64,000 bases of DNA. Source: an uncultured delta proteobacterium (GTDB lineage: Bacteria > Desulfobacterota > Binatia > UBA9968). The notes beneath the pieces are model-generated. The model worked only from the letters and a program-made list of their open reading frames with translations. It was not told the origin of the DNA and did not search any database. The DNA lies in assembly GCA_963801935.1 (NCBI GenBank), contig CAWDHA010000011.1, positions 25,923 to 89,922 of the forward strand, read 5' to 3'. Of the stretch, positions 27,780 to 37,707 are shown piece by piece (position 1 is the first letter of the stretch; every line of letters begins with the position of its first letter). Position numbers and translations under genes: made by a program.

Positions 27780-28923
27780 ATGGAAAATTTCTTTGCCACC
27801 TGCCCGCGCGGCTTGGAACCGATCCTGGCGGAGGAACTGCGTTTGCTCAATGCCCAAGGCACTTGTAAGGTCGGTGGCGGCGTGCAGTTCACCGGTGATT
27901 TTTTCTTGTGCTTTCAGGTCAATCTCGAGAGCCGTATCGCGAGCCGGGTTTTGTGGCGCGTCACAACCGCCGGATATCGCAATGAGGACGACATCTTCCG
28001 CGCCGCTTACGCGCTGCCGTGGACCCAGTGGTTCGATGCCGGCCGCACCATCCGGGTTGACATCTCCGCGACCAGGAGCCCGCTGACCAGTCTTAACTTC
28101 GTTACCCTTAAAATCAAAGACGCGGTGTGCGACAAAATCCGCCGTCTAACCGGGCGGCGGCCCGACGTGGATACACGCGCTCCGGATATTCCAATTCAGG
28201 GGCATCTGACCGATCGTGACTTTACCCTTTATCTCGACACCACCGGCGAGCCGTTATTCAAGCGCGGCCAGCGCGTGGCCAGCGGTGCGGCGCCGCTCAG
28301 AGAAAATCTCGCCGCTGGGATTCTTCGTCTCGCCGGCTGGACGCCGGGCGTTCCCCTGCTGGATCCGCTGTGCGGCAGCGCGACGATTTTGCTGGAAGCC
28401 GCAAACATGGCGCTAGACATCGCCCCGGGTCGCGGCCGCCGCTTTGCGTTCGAGAAACTCAAAAACTTCGACGGCCGCTATTGGCGCGAGCTGTTGCAGC
28501 GAGCGGCGGCGCGACAGAAAGCCAAAGCACCCATGGCGATTTATGGCAGCGATCTTTCCGCCGATGCGCTCAACGGAGCGCGCGAGAATCTGCTGAAAGC
28601 CGGCTTAGAAAAAGTTGTGAGTCTAAAAAGAGCCGACGTATTTGCAATAACCGCCCCTGCGAAGCACGGTGTTATCGTCACCAATCCGCCCTACGGCGTG
28701 CGCCTGGGCGAGCAGCAAGCGCTCGCTGAGTTTTATCCGAAACTCGGCGACCTACTGAAAAAAACAATTTACCGGCTGGAGCGCATACCTGCTGAGCGCC
28801 GACATGCGCCTGCCAAAGCTGATCCATCTTGCTGCCGCCAAACGCATGCCGCTCTATAACGGCGCCCTCGAGTGCCGGCTATTCGAATACAAAATGGTCG
28901 AGGGCGCGATGAGAAAAGAATAA
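27780..28923 (+). CDS. THUMP-domain class-I SAM methyltransferase (RlmL/COG0116-like), one frameshift near 28773
   Basis: VIVTNPPYG (NPPY). THUMP region ...TIRVDISATRSP.... The C-terminus LKKQFTGWSAYLLSADMRLPKLIHL...ECRLFEYKM is recovered after a +1 shift at an A7 run. Confidence 0.7.
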
Positions 28924-29089
28924 ACCGCTCTGAAATTAGCGATTGATAAGTTTTTCCGTACTCTCCGGGCTCTCCATATCTGATGATATTCCCTGATGAG
29001 TTAAAAAAATCTCGACCTTGACAACACTCAGAGCGTGGCTAACTTCAGATCATCTATGGACTGAGCGAAACGCAAAGGAGGTTTAGACA

Positions 29090-29545
29090 ATGGCACAGTG
29101 GAATCCATTTGAAGATGTTGAAGTTCTTCGCCGTGACATCGATCGCGCTTTTTCGGAATTTGGCCGGGGAGAAGGTCCCTCGTACAAAGTTGCTTTCCTT
29201 CCGGGTATCGGACCGAGGCGCTATCCGCTCATCAACCTCGCCGAAGACAAAGATGAGCTGCACATCGAAGCGCTGACACCGGGTGTCGACCCTAAATCGC
29301 TGAATGTTACGGTCATGCAGAACCGGCTGACGCTCTCGGGAGAAAAGAGTCCCGTGGGTGACGTCAAACCGGAGGCATTTCACAGAAACGAAAGGGCCAG
29401 CGGTAAGTTTCTCCGTACGCTCGATTTGCCGGTCGATGTCGATGACTCAAATGTACAGGCGGAATATAGGAATGGCCTGTTGCGTGTGACAATTGCCAAA
29501 GCGGAGAAGGCGAAACCCAAACAGATAACTGTCAATGTCGCCTGA
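29090..29545 (+). CDS. Hsp20/alpha-crystallin family small heat-shock protein
   Basis: RBS AAAGGAGG. ...LNVTVMQNRLTLSGEK... and ...NGLLRVTIAKAEKAKPKQITV (A-x-x-x-N-G-V-L motif). Confidence 0.8.
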   Translation: MAQWNPFEDVEVLRRDIDRAFSEFGRGEGPSYKVAFLPGIGPRRYPLINLAEDKDELHIEALTPGVDPKSLNVTVMQNRLTLSGEKSPVGDVKPEAFHRNERASGKFLRTLDLPVDVDDSNVQAEYRNGLLRVTIAKAEKAKPKQITVNVA

Positions 29546-29582
29546 TCAAAAGACGGACATACTAACCAAGGAGGCTACGATC

Positions 29583-29984
29583 ATGGCCGAAAAAACCGTA
29601 CCGACAACTGTCAAGGAAAGAAACACGCCCGGTCGAGAAGAAACCAGGAGCCAGGAACGTTACGTGACGCCGCCGGTGGACATCTACGAGAATGGCGACG
29701 GTTTGGTGGTAAAAGCCGATCTGCCGGGCGTTGCGAAGGAAAATCTGGATGTGCGTGTAGAAAATGGGCTTTTGACGATTCAAACAAAGCCGGCGCCATC
29801 AAGCTCAGCCGGCGGCGCGATCTACCGCGAGTATGAATTGGCGAACTTCTTTCGGCAGTTCGAATTGAGCGACAAAGTAGACCAGCAAAAGATTTCCGCG
29901 GATTTGCAGCACGGTGTGCTGACACTCCAACTGCCTCGCGCAGAAGAGACTAAGCCTAAGCGGATCGACGTCAAGGTTGCGTAA
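29583..29984 (+). CDS. Hsp20/alpha-crystallin family small heat-shock protein (second, tandem)
   Basis: RBS AAGGAGG. ...PPVDIYENGDGLVVKADLPGV...HGVLTLQLPRAEETKPKRIDV. Confidence 0.8.
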   Translation: MAEKTVPTTVKERNTPGREETRSQERYVTPPVDIYENGDGLVVKADLPGVAKENLDVRVENGLLTIQTKPAPSSSAGGAIYREYELANFFRQFELSDKVDQQKISADLQHGVLTLQLPRAEETKPKRIDVKVA

Positions 29985-30019
29985 GCGCCTGCGCGTTGAA
30001 AGAAAACCTCTGCCACGAA

Positions 30020-30066
30020 GCTCACCGGCGCGGCGCTACGGTCGCGCCGGTGAGCCGCTGTGTTTG
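30020..30066 (+). terminator. rho-independent-type terminator after the hsp20 pair
   Basis: 13-bp perfect GC stem GCTCACCGGCGCG/CGCGCCGGTGAGC, followed by ctgtgttt. Confidence 0.5.
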
Positions 30067-30176
30067 ACAAGCTGAACCCAAGCGGCCGTTACCCGCCACC
30101 GTTCATGCCCGCTAAACCGTTGCGCCTCCGATTGCGGTTGCGGCGGCTTTGATCATCTCTAAAAGCGCAAAATCTA

Positions 30177-30539
30177 ATGACGCAAACTCAGGTATTTACC
30201 TTTCGATTGCTACTGGTCATCGCTTTGACAGCCGTGACCTACCTCGCCACTACACGATCGGACTATCCTGTCATGAAAGAGATTTCCGATAAGGCGAACC
30301 ACATTCTGGGGTTTTATGTTTTGGCCTTGTTGGTGGATTTTTCATTTCCTGAAAGCCGATTTGGCTTAGTAAAGTTTGCCGCTTTGTTAGCCTATGGGCT
30401 GTTGCTTGAGATCACGCAGAGCTTTTTACCAAATCGCCAAGCATCGCTGTTGGACTTGGCCGCGGACGGCGCGGGCAGCGCGGCTTATAGGCTTTCGCTG
30501 CCGCTAATCAGGCATCTGCCGTTGCTTAACCGGCGTTGA
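30177..30539 (+). CDS. VanZ-like family membrane protein
   Basis: 120 aa with 3-4 TM helices. DKANHILGFYVLALL and LLEITQSF...DLAADGAGS match VanZ (PF04892) conserved positions. Confidence 0.55.
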   Translation: MTQTQVFTFRLLLVIALTAVTYLATTRSDYPVMKEISDKANHILGFYVLALLVDFSFPESRFGLVKFAALLAYGLLLEITQSFLPNRQASLLDLAADGAGSAAYRLSLPLIRHLPLLNRR

Positions 30540-30607
30540 TCGCGCTCCTGATAGGCTCCCTCGCCTGCGCTCATTCACCAGAAAAACTACTCGGGCGCGC
30601 GCTGCTG

Positions 30608-31636
30608 CTACTTCTCCAGAAGCGGTTTCATTCGCTCGACGACGTCCGCCGGCACGGTGCCAATCTCCCGTCCCAAAGCTTCGATCTCCTCTCCCGTCAT
30701 TAGACTTGGCTCCAGCCCCTTGCTTTTCGCGTCGGCGATGACCTCGGGATCCTTCATCATCTGGATGAATCCCTCGCGCAGAACCTTGAGCCGGTCGGCG
30801 GGAATTCCCGGCGGGCCGAAGAACGGCCGACCCATTTCATCGGGCAGGACAAATATTTTGGCTATCCGTCTGTAGAGTTCATTGACCTTCTGCTTATCCA
30901 TGAATTCCCACACGGTCGGAACATTCGGCAGATTGTGATGGCGCTGCTGTCCGCCTTGCGTGAGCGTCCGGACGAAACCAGTCTTGGCCCAAGTGCGCCC
31001 CGGTTCGCTGCCAAAGTACGCTTGCACGGATCCGCACCAGCACTGCGCCTCGCCTCGTTCGATGGCAAGATTGGCATCGGCGGCACCCTGATACCCGGGG
31101 ACCATGGTCAACTTGAGACTGAATGCATCCTGCAGCAGGCGCGGAAAATAATAGGCGGCGGTACCGAGACCCGTGGCGGCGCACTTGGGCGGCTCCAGCG
31201 CATCGCGGATTTCCAACAACGTCTTGTATGGAGTGTCGGCCCGGATATAAAAAATTCGATCGGTTTTCTCCGGCGAGCCGATCCAGCTGTATTTAAACCA
31301 GTCGAACTTTATTTCCTTGTGGCTGGAGAGCTGCTGGATATAAAGCCCGGGACTGACGACTCCAAGCGTCAAACCATCGGGCTTGGCAACTCCATAGACG
31401 TAGTTCGCCGCGATCATTGAGCCGCCGCCCGTCATATTCTGCACGATGAAGGTAGGGTTTCCGGCAACGTATTTGCTCAAATGGTGCGCGATAATCCTGG
31501 CCCATACGTCAAACGCGCCGCCGGCGGTAAAGCCGACACGGATGTTTACGGTTTGGCCCTGGTAAAAACGAGTTTGGGCCGCGAGATCGGTTTCCCAGAG
31601 CAGAGCAGTTAAGAGCGCCCACAATATAGTCTGCAT
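30608..31636 (-). CDS. Bug-family (TctC-like) substrate-binding protein, orphan
   Basis: Start 31636 with GGAGGAG RBS. ...GQTVNIRVGFTAGGAFDVWARIIAHHL... and ...MIAANYVYGVAKPDGLT.... Confidence 0.8.
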   Translation of the reverse strand: MQTILWALLTALLWETDLAAQTRFYQGQTVNIRVGFTAGGAFDVWARIIAHHLSKYVAGNPTFIVQNMTGGGSMIAANYVYGVAKPDGLTLGVVSPGLYIQQLSSHKEIKFDWFKYSWIGSPEKTDRIFYIRADTPYKTLLEIRDALEPPKCAATGLGTAAYYFPRLLQDAFSLKLTMVPGYQGAADANLAIERGEAQCWCGSVQAYFGSEPGRTWAKTGFVRTLTQGGQQRHHNLPNVPTVWEFMDKQKVNELYRRIAKIFVLPDEMGRPFFGPPGIPADRLKVLREGFIQMMKDPEVIADAKSKGLEPSLMTGEEIEALGREIGTVPADVVERMKPLLEK

Positions 31637-31791
31637 CTCGTGTTCTCCTCCGGACTTTTGCCGGACCGCGGTAATGTTTGTTCTGCGAAGCGAGGCGGCT
31701 CGGATAGGCTCAGCCGCGCGGCCGCGGTGCAATCTGCCTTTCTATAAAGAAATGGCTAGATCACCGTTGGGAAAACGATCGGGGCTCCCGC

Positions 31792-32841
31792 TCACTTCCG
31801 AATGATTTCTTTGAGCAGCTTGTGCCATCGTTCCAATGATTGCTCGTATTGAGCGAGCGTTCCCTCTTTCTCGGGATACCAGCGTTTGAACCCATAATCC
31901 TTACGGGCGCTGCCGAAGTCCAAGTCTTCGAGCAGCTTCTGCCCTTCGGGGCTCAAGAGAAAATCCGAAAAAAGGAGCGCCGCGTGCGGCCGCGGAGCAT
32001 TGGCGTATACCGCCGCTCCGCCTGCGCCGACGACGTTTATATCCATCGGCAGCCAGACCACCGGAGCGCCCTTCTTCGCGGCCACGTGCGTCGCGCTGTA
32101 AAATTGGCTGGGTGACGCGGGCACCTCCCCCGCCGCCACCAGCTGAGTCAAGGCGCTGCCGGCCATCATGTACGCCTTGATATTTTGCTCCTTCAACTTT
32201 TTGACAAACTCCTCGCCTTTGACTTTGACCATCGCGCCGATACTTCGAGCGCCGGTATCATCACCCGACAATCCGAGTTGACCGCGCAATACAGGTTTTA
32301 GCAGGCCGTCGAAATTTTTCGGCACGTCGGCGGCGCTCAAAAGATTGCTGTTATAGGCGAAGCCGATATAGGATTCGCGATCGATCGTCCAGTAAACCAG
32401 ATTCACCGGGGCTTTTTCTTTAGAGTCCTCGGGAAAAGCACTCAGGTGCGGTGAGGTGTAGGGAAGTAACAACTGGTTGTCGCGGAAAGTTAGCAGCCCG
32501 GGGAGCGTGGTTTCGATGGCGTCGGCGATATGGCGCCGGGCCTGGGCTTCATTGAGTAATCTCTGGACCAGCGCGGAAGATCCGGTGCGGTAAATTTCAA
32601 CTTTTACACCGGGATATTTAGCCTCGAACGTACCGGCGATTTGTTTGTTTTGCACAACCGCTAAAGTCGTATACCAGACCAGCTTGCCTTCGCGCTTGGC
32701 GCCTTCAACGAGCAGACGTTCGCGGTCCGGCCTATTATAGGCGGCGATCTCGGCCGCAGCCGAGGGCTTGCCGGACTGGCTCCGCGCCGGTGTAATTGCA
32801 ATAAGAATTAAGAGCAGCGCGGCGCCTAAAATCTTCATCAA
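31792..32841 (-). CDS. extracellular solute-binding protein family 1 (paralog), orphan
   Basis: Signal peptide MMKILGAALLLILIAITPARS. EGAKREGKLVWYTT.... ~35-40% identical to 5924..7030. Confidence 0.65.
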   Translation of the reverse strand: MMKILGAALLLILIAITPARSQSGKPSAAAEIAAYNRPDRERLLVEGAKREGKLVWYTTLAVVQNKQIAGTFEAKYPGVKVEIYRTGSSALVQRLLNEAQARRHIADAIETTLPGLLTFRDNQLLLPYTSPHLSAFPEDSKEKAPVNLVYWTIDRESYIGFAYNSNLLSAADVPKNFDGLLKPVLRGQLGLSGDDTGARSIGAMVKVKGEEFVKKLKEQNIKAYMMAGSALTQLVAAGEVPASPSQFYSATHVAAKKGAPVVWLPMDINVVGAGGAAVYANAPRPHAALLFSDFLLSPEGQKLLEDLDFGSARKDYGFKRWYPEKEGTLAQYEQSLERWHKLLKEIIRK

Positions 32842-32994
32842 ACTCCTTTGCCTTCTCAGAAGCGCCTATCGCGGGCCGGTCGATCGACGCGGCGGTGATT
32901 TTTGAAGTGCCCCGAAGATTAGAACAAAAGAATGGGAAGGTTTTTCAACAGATCTAGAGCTGCACACCTACGTCTTTCAAAAAGCCACGGTCCG

Positions 32995-34074
32995 TTAGAG
33001 CGCCGCGCGCGCCCGCTCAGTCGCCGTCACGTTCAAGCCGACAATAAACGACGGGTTCACGGTGCACAGTGTGTAGATTTCTTCCGGCGTGCAGCCAAAC
33101 GCCGCCATGTGGCCGCGCAGCAGACGGAGCGACTCGACCGAATTGGGAAACAGCGGTTCGCCGGCGTCCGAGGAGAGCGTACAGTGCTCGACCCCGACGG
33201 TGCGAATCGCCTTGTACATGCTTGCCGGATCGATGCCGAGAAGCGGCGACAACTCATCGTAGGTGAAGTTAATGCATAGGCCGGCAGCGGCCGCGTCTTT
33301 CATTTCTTCAATGGTCAAATTGACAAAGGGGCTGAAGGGATGATCGACGACGCCCTTTTTGAAGCCGATTTTTTGGCAGAACTCCGCCATTGCCTGGAAC
33401 TCCTGCTTTGTCGGATGGCCAAAAAAGATCGCCGCCTCGCGATCCTGCGCCATACGGAAAATCTCTTCGATCTCGGCCATGAGCCGGCCCTTGTCGTCGA
33501 GCAGGTAATGACCGTATTTGACCGACTCGGACCAGGACAGCGGTTCTGTATGGGCGTTTGGATCGGCGCTCTTGTCCCAAGCGCTGGGCTTGCCGCCCAC
33601 CATAGAGAGCGTATGGGCTGAGGTGTTGTTCGGCATCCAGAGCGCGATCACCCCTGCTTTCAGCATCTGGGCAGACCACGCCGGTTCGATCTTTGAGAGA
33701 AAACCCTGGGTGACCGAGCTGCCCGCCCAAACCTGCACCGGGGTTAGACCCTTCTCCTCGCACCAGGATTCCAGGGCGCTCCTCACGGCGTCAACCGCCG
33801 CCGCGGGATTCTTGCGTCCAACGATCGTCTTGTAGAGCAGACCCGTCATGGCGCTCTTCGAGGCGAGCTTGGCGACGCCGAGGGCATCCTGCTGCCCCTC
33901 GTGCGCATGGCAATGAATGTCGATCGCGTCCTCAACTCCAATCACGCGATCGAGCGACGGATCAATCGCCTGCTTGAAGCCGCGCCGCGCCGGATAAGAT
34001 GTGACCGAGCGCAGCGCGCTCGGAGTCGCGTAGTTTTGTTTTGTGTCGGCCATGGTCAAACCTCCGAAAACCAA
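32995..34074 (-). CDS. amidohydrolase-superfamily TIM-barrel metal-dependent hydrolase (subfamily unclear)
   Basis: AIDIHCHAHEG (HxH), ...AIFFGHP... and ...TLSSDAG... match amidohydrolase metal-ligand positions. Confidence 0.5.
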   Translation of the reverse strand: MVFGGLTMADTKQNYATPSALRSVTSYPARRGFKQAIDPSLDRVIGVEDAIDIHCHAHEGQQDALGVAKLASKSAMTGLLYKTIVGRKNPAAAVDAVRSALESWCEEKGLTPVQVWAGSSVTQGFLSKIEPAWSAQMLKAGVIALWMPNNTSAHTLSMVGGKPSAWDKSADPNAHTEPLSWSESVKYGHYLLDDKGRLMAEIEEIFRMAQDREAAIFFGHPTKQEFQAMAEFCQKIGFKKGVVDHPFSPFVNLTIEEMKDAAAAGLCINFTYDELSPLLGIDPASMYKAIRTVGVEHCTLSSDAGEPLFPNSVESLRLLRGHMAAFGCTPEEIYTLCTVNPSFIVGLNVTATERARAAL

Positions 34075-34300
34075 ATTGGTTGGACCATAGCGCGTCCGCG
34101 CGCAACCGGCAAACGTTTTCTCGTTCGACTATTACCCTCACGTGAAGCGATTTAGGTGTCCTTCGAAATCTTTTTTAGGTAACCTTCAAGCTGCTCCAAC
34201 AGCACATTAGCCCTGGTACCTTGAAGCGACTTGACCGTTCTCTAATCGCGTGGTTTAGACTCGCCACACGGTTCGAACTCCCGGGAAAGGCGATAACTCT

Positions 34301-34726
34301 ATGGCGACGACCCATATCCTGAAAATCGATGCGCTCCCGATTGTCGAGCGCGGCAACGGCATCCGCACGACTCCGCTGGTTACCAGGGAGCTCGGCGCCC
34401 AGCACATCACGAGCGGTCTGGCCCGTTTCCCGGCCGGCGCGAAAGTTCCGCTCCATTCGCACAACTGTGACGAGCAAGTGACGATCCTCGAAGGCGAGGC
34501 CGAGGCGGACGTCGACGGGCAGCGTCACCGCCTGCATCCTTTCGATACGACACTTATCCCCGCAGATAAGCCTCATCGCTTTATCAACGCCGGTGTGTCA
34601 CAGCTCACGATCCTCTGGATATATACTGGCGCCGAGGTGACCCGAACGTTCACTGAGACCGGCGAAACGGTTGCTCATCTTTCCGAACGTGATCTCGTGA
34701 GTGCGCCGGTTGCCAAAGCAAAATAA
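34301..34726 (+). CDS. cupin-domain protein
   Basis: ...ARFPAGAKVPLHSHNCDEQVTILEGEAEADVDG...PHRFIN... (cupin motifs 1 and 2). Confidence 0.7.
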   Translation: MATTHILKIDALPIVERGNGIRTTPLVTRELGAQHITSGLARFPAGAKVPLHSHNCDEQVTILEGEAEADVDGQRHRLHPFDTTLIPADKPHRFINAGVSQLTILWIYTGAEVTRTFTETGETVAHLSERDLVSAPVAKAK

Positions 34727-34826
34727 GCGATCGAGAGTTCACCGGCGTATCACCCGGGCAGATGTGGTCACTTTATGATGAGCCGAAGCTCGACCAACGG
34801 TTATCCTCCGGTCTATACTAATTGCT

Positions 34827-36302
34827 ATGAAACACGTGATTGATCCTGAAGGCCGGCGACTGCCGATCAAACTCGATACGACTTCGAACGGGGAATTTCT
34901 GCCGGTTCAGTTGGCGCCGGTTAACCGTGCCGCTAACCGCCTGGCACATCAGGCGGCGAGCCAAAATGCCAAGCGCCTGGGGCTCAGCCGCCGTAGTTTT
35001 CTTATTTCAGCTTGTGGCGCCGCCAGCACCTTGATCGCATTCAACGCGGTCAATGCCGCAGTGGAAAAGCGCGGCGGCTTCTTCGACCTTGAAGCTGAGG
35101 CTGCGCTCGAGCCCGAGCTCGCGCAAGCACAACTCGGCGGCAAGGGTGAGTTTATTTTCGACGTGCAGGGGCACTTCGTCGACCCGACCGGCGCCTGGGT
35201 GCAGCAAGCGCCCGCCGACGCATTCAAGTGGTCGCCCAAGACGAGCTGCGCATTGGCCGGCAAACCGGGAGCGCGCAGTTACCTCGATTGTCTTGGACCT
35301 GAAGAATTTGTCAAAGACGTGTTTCTCGACAGCGACACCGACATGATGGTGCTCTCTTTCGTGCCCTCGCGGCGAGATTCCGAACCGCTGACGATTGCCG
35401 CGGCGGATGCGGTGCGCCGGATCGTCGACCGCATGGAAGGCTCGCATCGCCTGCTGGTGCACGGCCGGGTGAATCCCAATCAACCGGGTGATCTCGAAGC
35501 GATGGACGAGCTGAAAGAGCTCTGGAAGGTGAGCGCCTGGAAGACCTACACGCAGTGGGGCGTGGACGGCAACGGCTTCTTTTTATCCGATAGTGTCGGA
35601 ACGCGCTTCATCGAGAAGGCACGCGCGCTCGGCATCAAGGTGATCTGCGTGCACAAGGGTTTGCCCTTCGGCAAGCACTCCTATGAGCACAGCCAGTGCA
35701 GCGACATCGGCGTCGTCGCCAAGCGCTACCCCGATGTGAGCTTTCTCGTCTATCACTCGGGTTTCGTCACCGGCGTACCGGAGCGTGCTTATACCGGACG
35801 CGGCGCCAGCGATGGCATCGACACGCTCATCCGCTCGCTGGTAGAAAACGACGTCAAACCGAACAGCAACGTCTATGCCGAGCTCGGCAGTACCTGGCGC
35901 TTCCTGATGCGCGATCCCGACAGCGCGGCACATGCGCTCGGCAAGCTCCTCAAATACTGCGGCGAGAATAACCTGCTCTGGGGCACCGATTCCATCTGGT
36001 ACGGCTCGCCGCAGGACCAGATCCAGGCGTTTCGCGTTTTCCAGATCTCGCCCGAGCTGCGCGCGCGCCACGGCTACCCGGAGCTCACGCCGGCGCTGCG
36101 CGCCAAGATCTTTGGGCTGAACGCCATCCGGCCCTACCGAATCAACGCCGACGAAGTGAAGAAGCGCGCCTCCAGCGATCATGTCGCGCGGCAACGGCTC
36201 GCCTACCGCGAACATCCCGAGCCGCACTATCTAACCTACGGGCCCAAGAGCCGGCGCCAATTCCTGAACCTGCTCGGTTGGAACGGCGGCTCGCGCGCCT
36301 AG
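34827..36302 (+). CDS. Tat-exported amidohydrolase family protein
   Basis: Twin-arginine signal SRRSFLISACGAAS. ...LWGTDSIWYGSP... amidohydrolase_2-like C-terminal region. Confidence 0.7.
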   Translation: MKHVIDPEGRRLPIKLDTTSNGEFLPVQLAPVNRAANRLAHQAASQNAKRLGLSRRSFLISACGAASTLIAFNAVNAAVEKRGGFFDLEAEAALEPELAQAQLGGKGEFIFDVQGHFVDPTGAWVQQAPADAFKWSPKTSCALAGKPGARSYLDCLGPEEFVKDVFLDSDTDMMVLSFVPSRRDSEPLTIAAADAVRRIVDRMEGSHRLLVHGRVNPNQPGDLEAMDELKELWKVSAWKTYTQWGVDGNGFFLSDSVGTRFIEKARALGIKVICVHKGLPFGKHSYEHSQCSDIGVVAKRYPDVSFLVYHSGFVTGVPERAYTGRGASDGIDTLIRSLVENDVKPNSNVYAELGSTWRFLMRDPDSAAHALGKLLKYCGENNLLWGTDSIWYGSPQDQIQAFRVFQISPELRARHGYPELTPALRAKIFGLNAIRPYRINADEVKKRASSDHVARQRLAYREHPEPHYLTYGPKSRRQFLNLLGWNGGSRA

Positions 36303-36376
36303 TGGAGTGCCGACTTCCTGAATTGACAAGATCCTCAAGCCGCCGATATAGTCCGGGCATCGCACGGAGGTGAACG

Positions 36377-37510
36377 ATGCAGTTGCTTCCACAAAGAACG
36401 GCCAGGCACCTGTTGTTGCTTGTTCTAATAAGCGCCGGGCTAATAAATGCGGTTGTTCTTGCCGCCGAACCCGGCGCTGCCCTGCTCAAATCGAAAAAAG
36501 ACGCGGAAGCCAAAGGCTATATTTTCGCCGCCAGCCATGACGAGATCGTCAGCCGGGCGAAGCAGGAAGGCAGACTTCGCGTTATCGTTTCTCTGGACGC
36601 TGGAATTCTCAAACGGCTGAGCGAAGGTTTTATGAAAAAGTATCCTTTCATCCAAGTGCAAGCGGACGAGATCCGCGGGATCGATGCTTACACGCGCCAG
36701 CTCCAGGAGTTAAAGGCAGGACTCGCTAAAGGGATCGATGTCAACGAAGTCGACTACGACTATTACAACGAGTACCTGCCGCACCTGAAAAAAGTCGATC
36801 TGTATGGAATGGTCGAGCAACGGGTGCTGCAAATGCCGCTTCAGATGGTGGACCCGATCAACAGGAACATCGTCGCTATCGGCAGTGGCATACAGGTTGT
36901 CGCTTATAACAAGAAGCTCATCGCAAGCGAGTCGGTCCCCAATACGTGGGAAGATTTCTTAAAGCCGGAACTCAAGGACAGAAAATTTGCGTTGGGAATT
37001 CGTCCCAAGGATGTGGCGGTCCTGGTGCCGGCATGGGGCATGGAAAAGACCCTCGATTTTGCGCGCAAGTTGTCGGCGCAGAAACCCATCTGGGTCAGTG
37101 GCGACACGCGTACGATCACCAGCATGCTCGCCGGTGAGTACACGCTTTTCTTCGGACCCAACTTCGACTCGGTTCTTAGAGCCAAAAACAAAGATAAGGC
37201 GGATGTGCTCGGCTACAAGCTCGTCGAACCGATCATGGTTCGGCTTAACGAGTCGGAAGGCATCTTGGCGTCAGCCGAACACCCGTACGCCGCGCTGCTC
37301 TGGCTGGAGTTCACGGCTTCCGTCGACGGCCAGAAAATACTCGAGGAGGGCGGGCCCTACGAGGGCTCGGTGTTTATTGCCGGAACCATTCAAGAGAAAT
37401 CTGTGCGCGGCAAGAAACAATCGCTGGTTGACTGGAGCCACTACTCAAGGATGCCGGAGTACATGAAGCGAGTCGTCGAGGCGTACGGTTTTCCGATGGC
37501 CGAAAAATAA
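36377..37510 (+). CDS. extracellular solute-binding protein family 1 (paralog), orphan
   Basis: Signal peptide LLLLVLISAGLINAVVLAA. AKQEGRLRVIVSLDAG.... Confidence 0.65.
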   Translation: MQLLPQRTARHLLLLVLISAGLINAVVLAAEPGAALLKSKKDAEAKGYIFAASHDEIVSRAKQEGRLRVIVSLDAGILKRLSEGFMKKYPFIQVQADEIRGIDAYTRQLQELKAGLAKGIDVNEVDYDYYNEYLPHLKKVDLYGMVEQRVLQMPLQMVDPINRNIVAIGSGIQVVAYNKKLIASESVPNTWEDFLKPELKDRKFALGIRPKDVAVLVPAWGMEKTLDFARKLSAQKPIWVSGDTRTITSMLAGEYTLFFGPNFDSVLRAKNKDKADVLGYKLVEPIMVRLNESEGILASAEHPYAALLWLEFTASVDGQKILEEGGPYEGSVFIAGTIQEKSVRGKKQSLVDWSHYSRMPEYMKRVVEAYGFPMAEK

Positions 37511-37552
37511 GCAGCGGCGGGCTCGTTGCAGATTGTCGGGACTAGCAGCCCG

Positions 37553-37707
37553 GGGTGAAAGTGTGGCGTCGCACCGAGACGGGAGAGGCGCCTTGATGGC
37601 AAGGCGCGACGACCGAGGATATTGGGGAATATTTGAGGGGAGGAGCAACGCAGCGGACGGGGATCGATCGCCCGTCGAATGCAATCAGGCTTTCACACGG
37701 ACTGCTA
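37553..37707 (-). mobile_element. MITE-like 165-bp element, copy 2 (inverted orientation); its terminal CTAG supplies the dnaJ stop codon
   Basis: Reverse complement matches the family consensus. Overlaps the DnaJ stop at 37705-37707. Confidence 0.6.
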
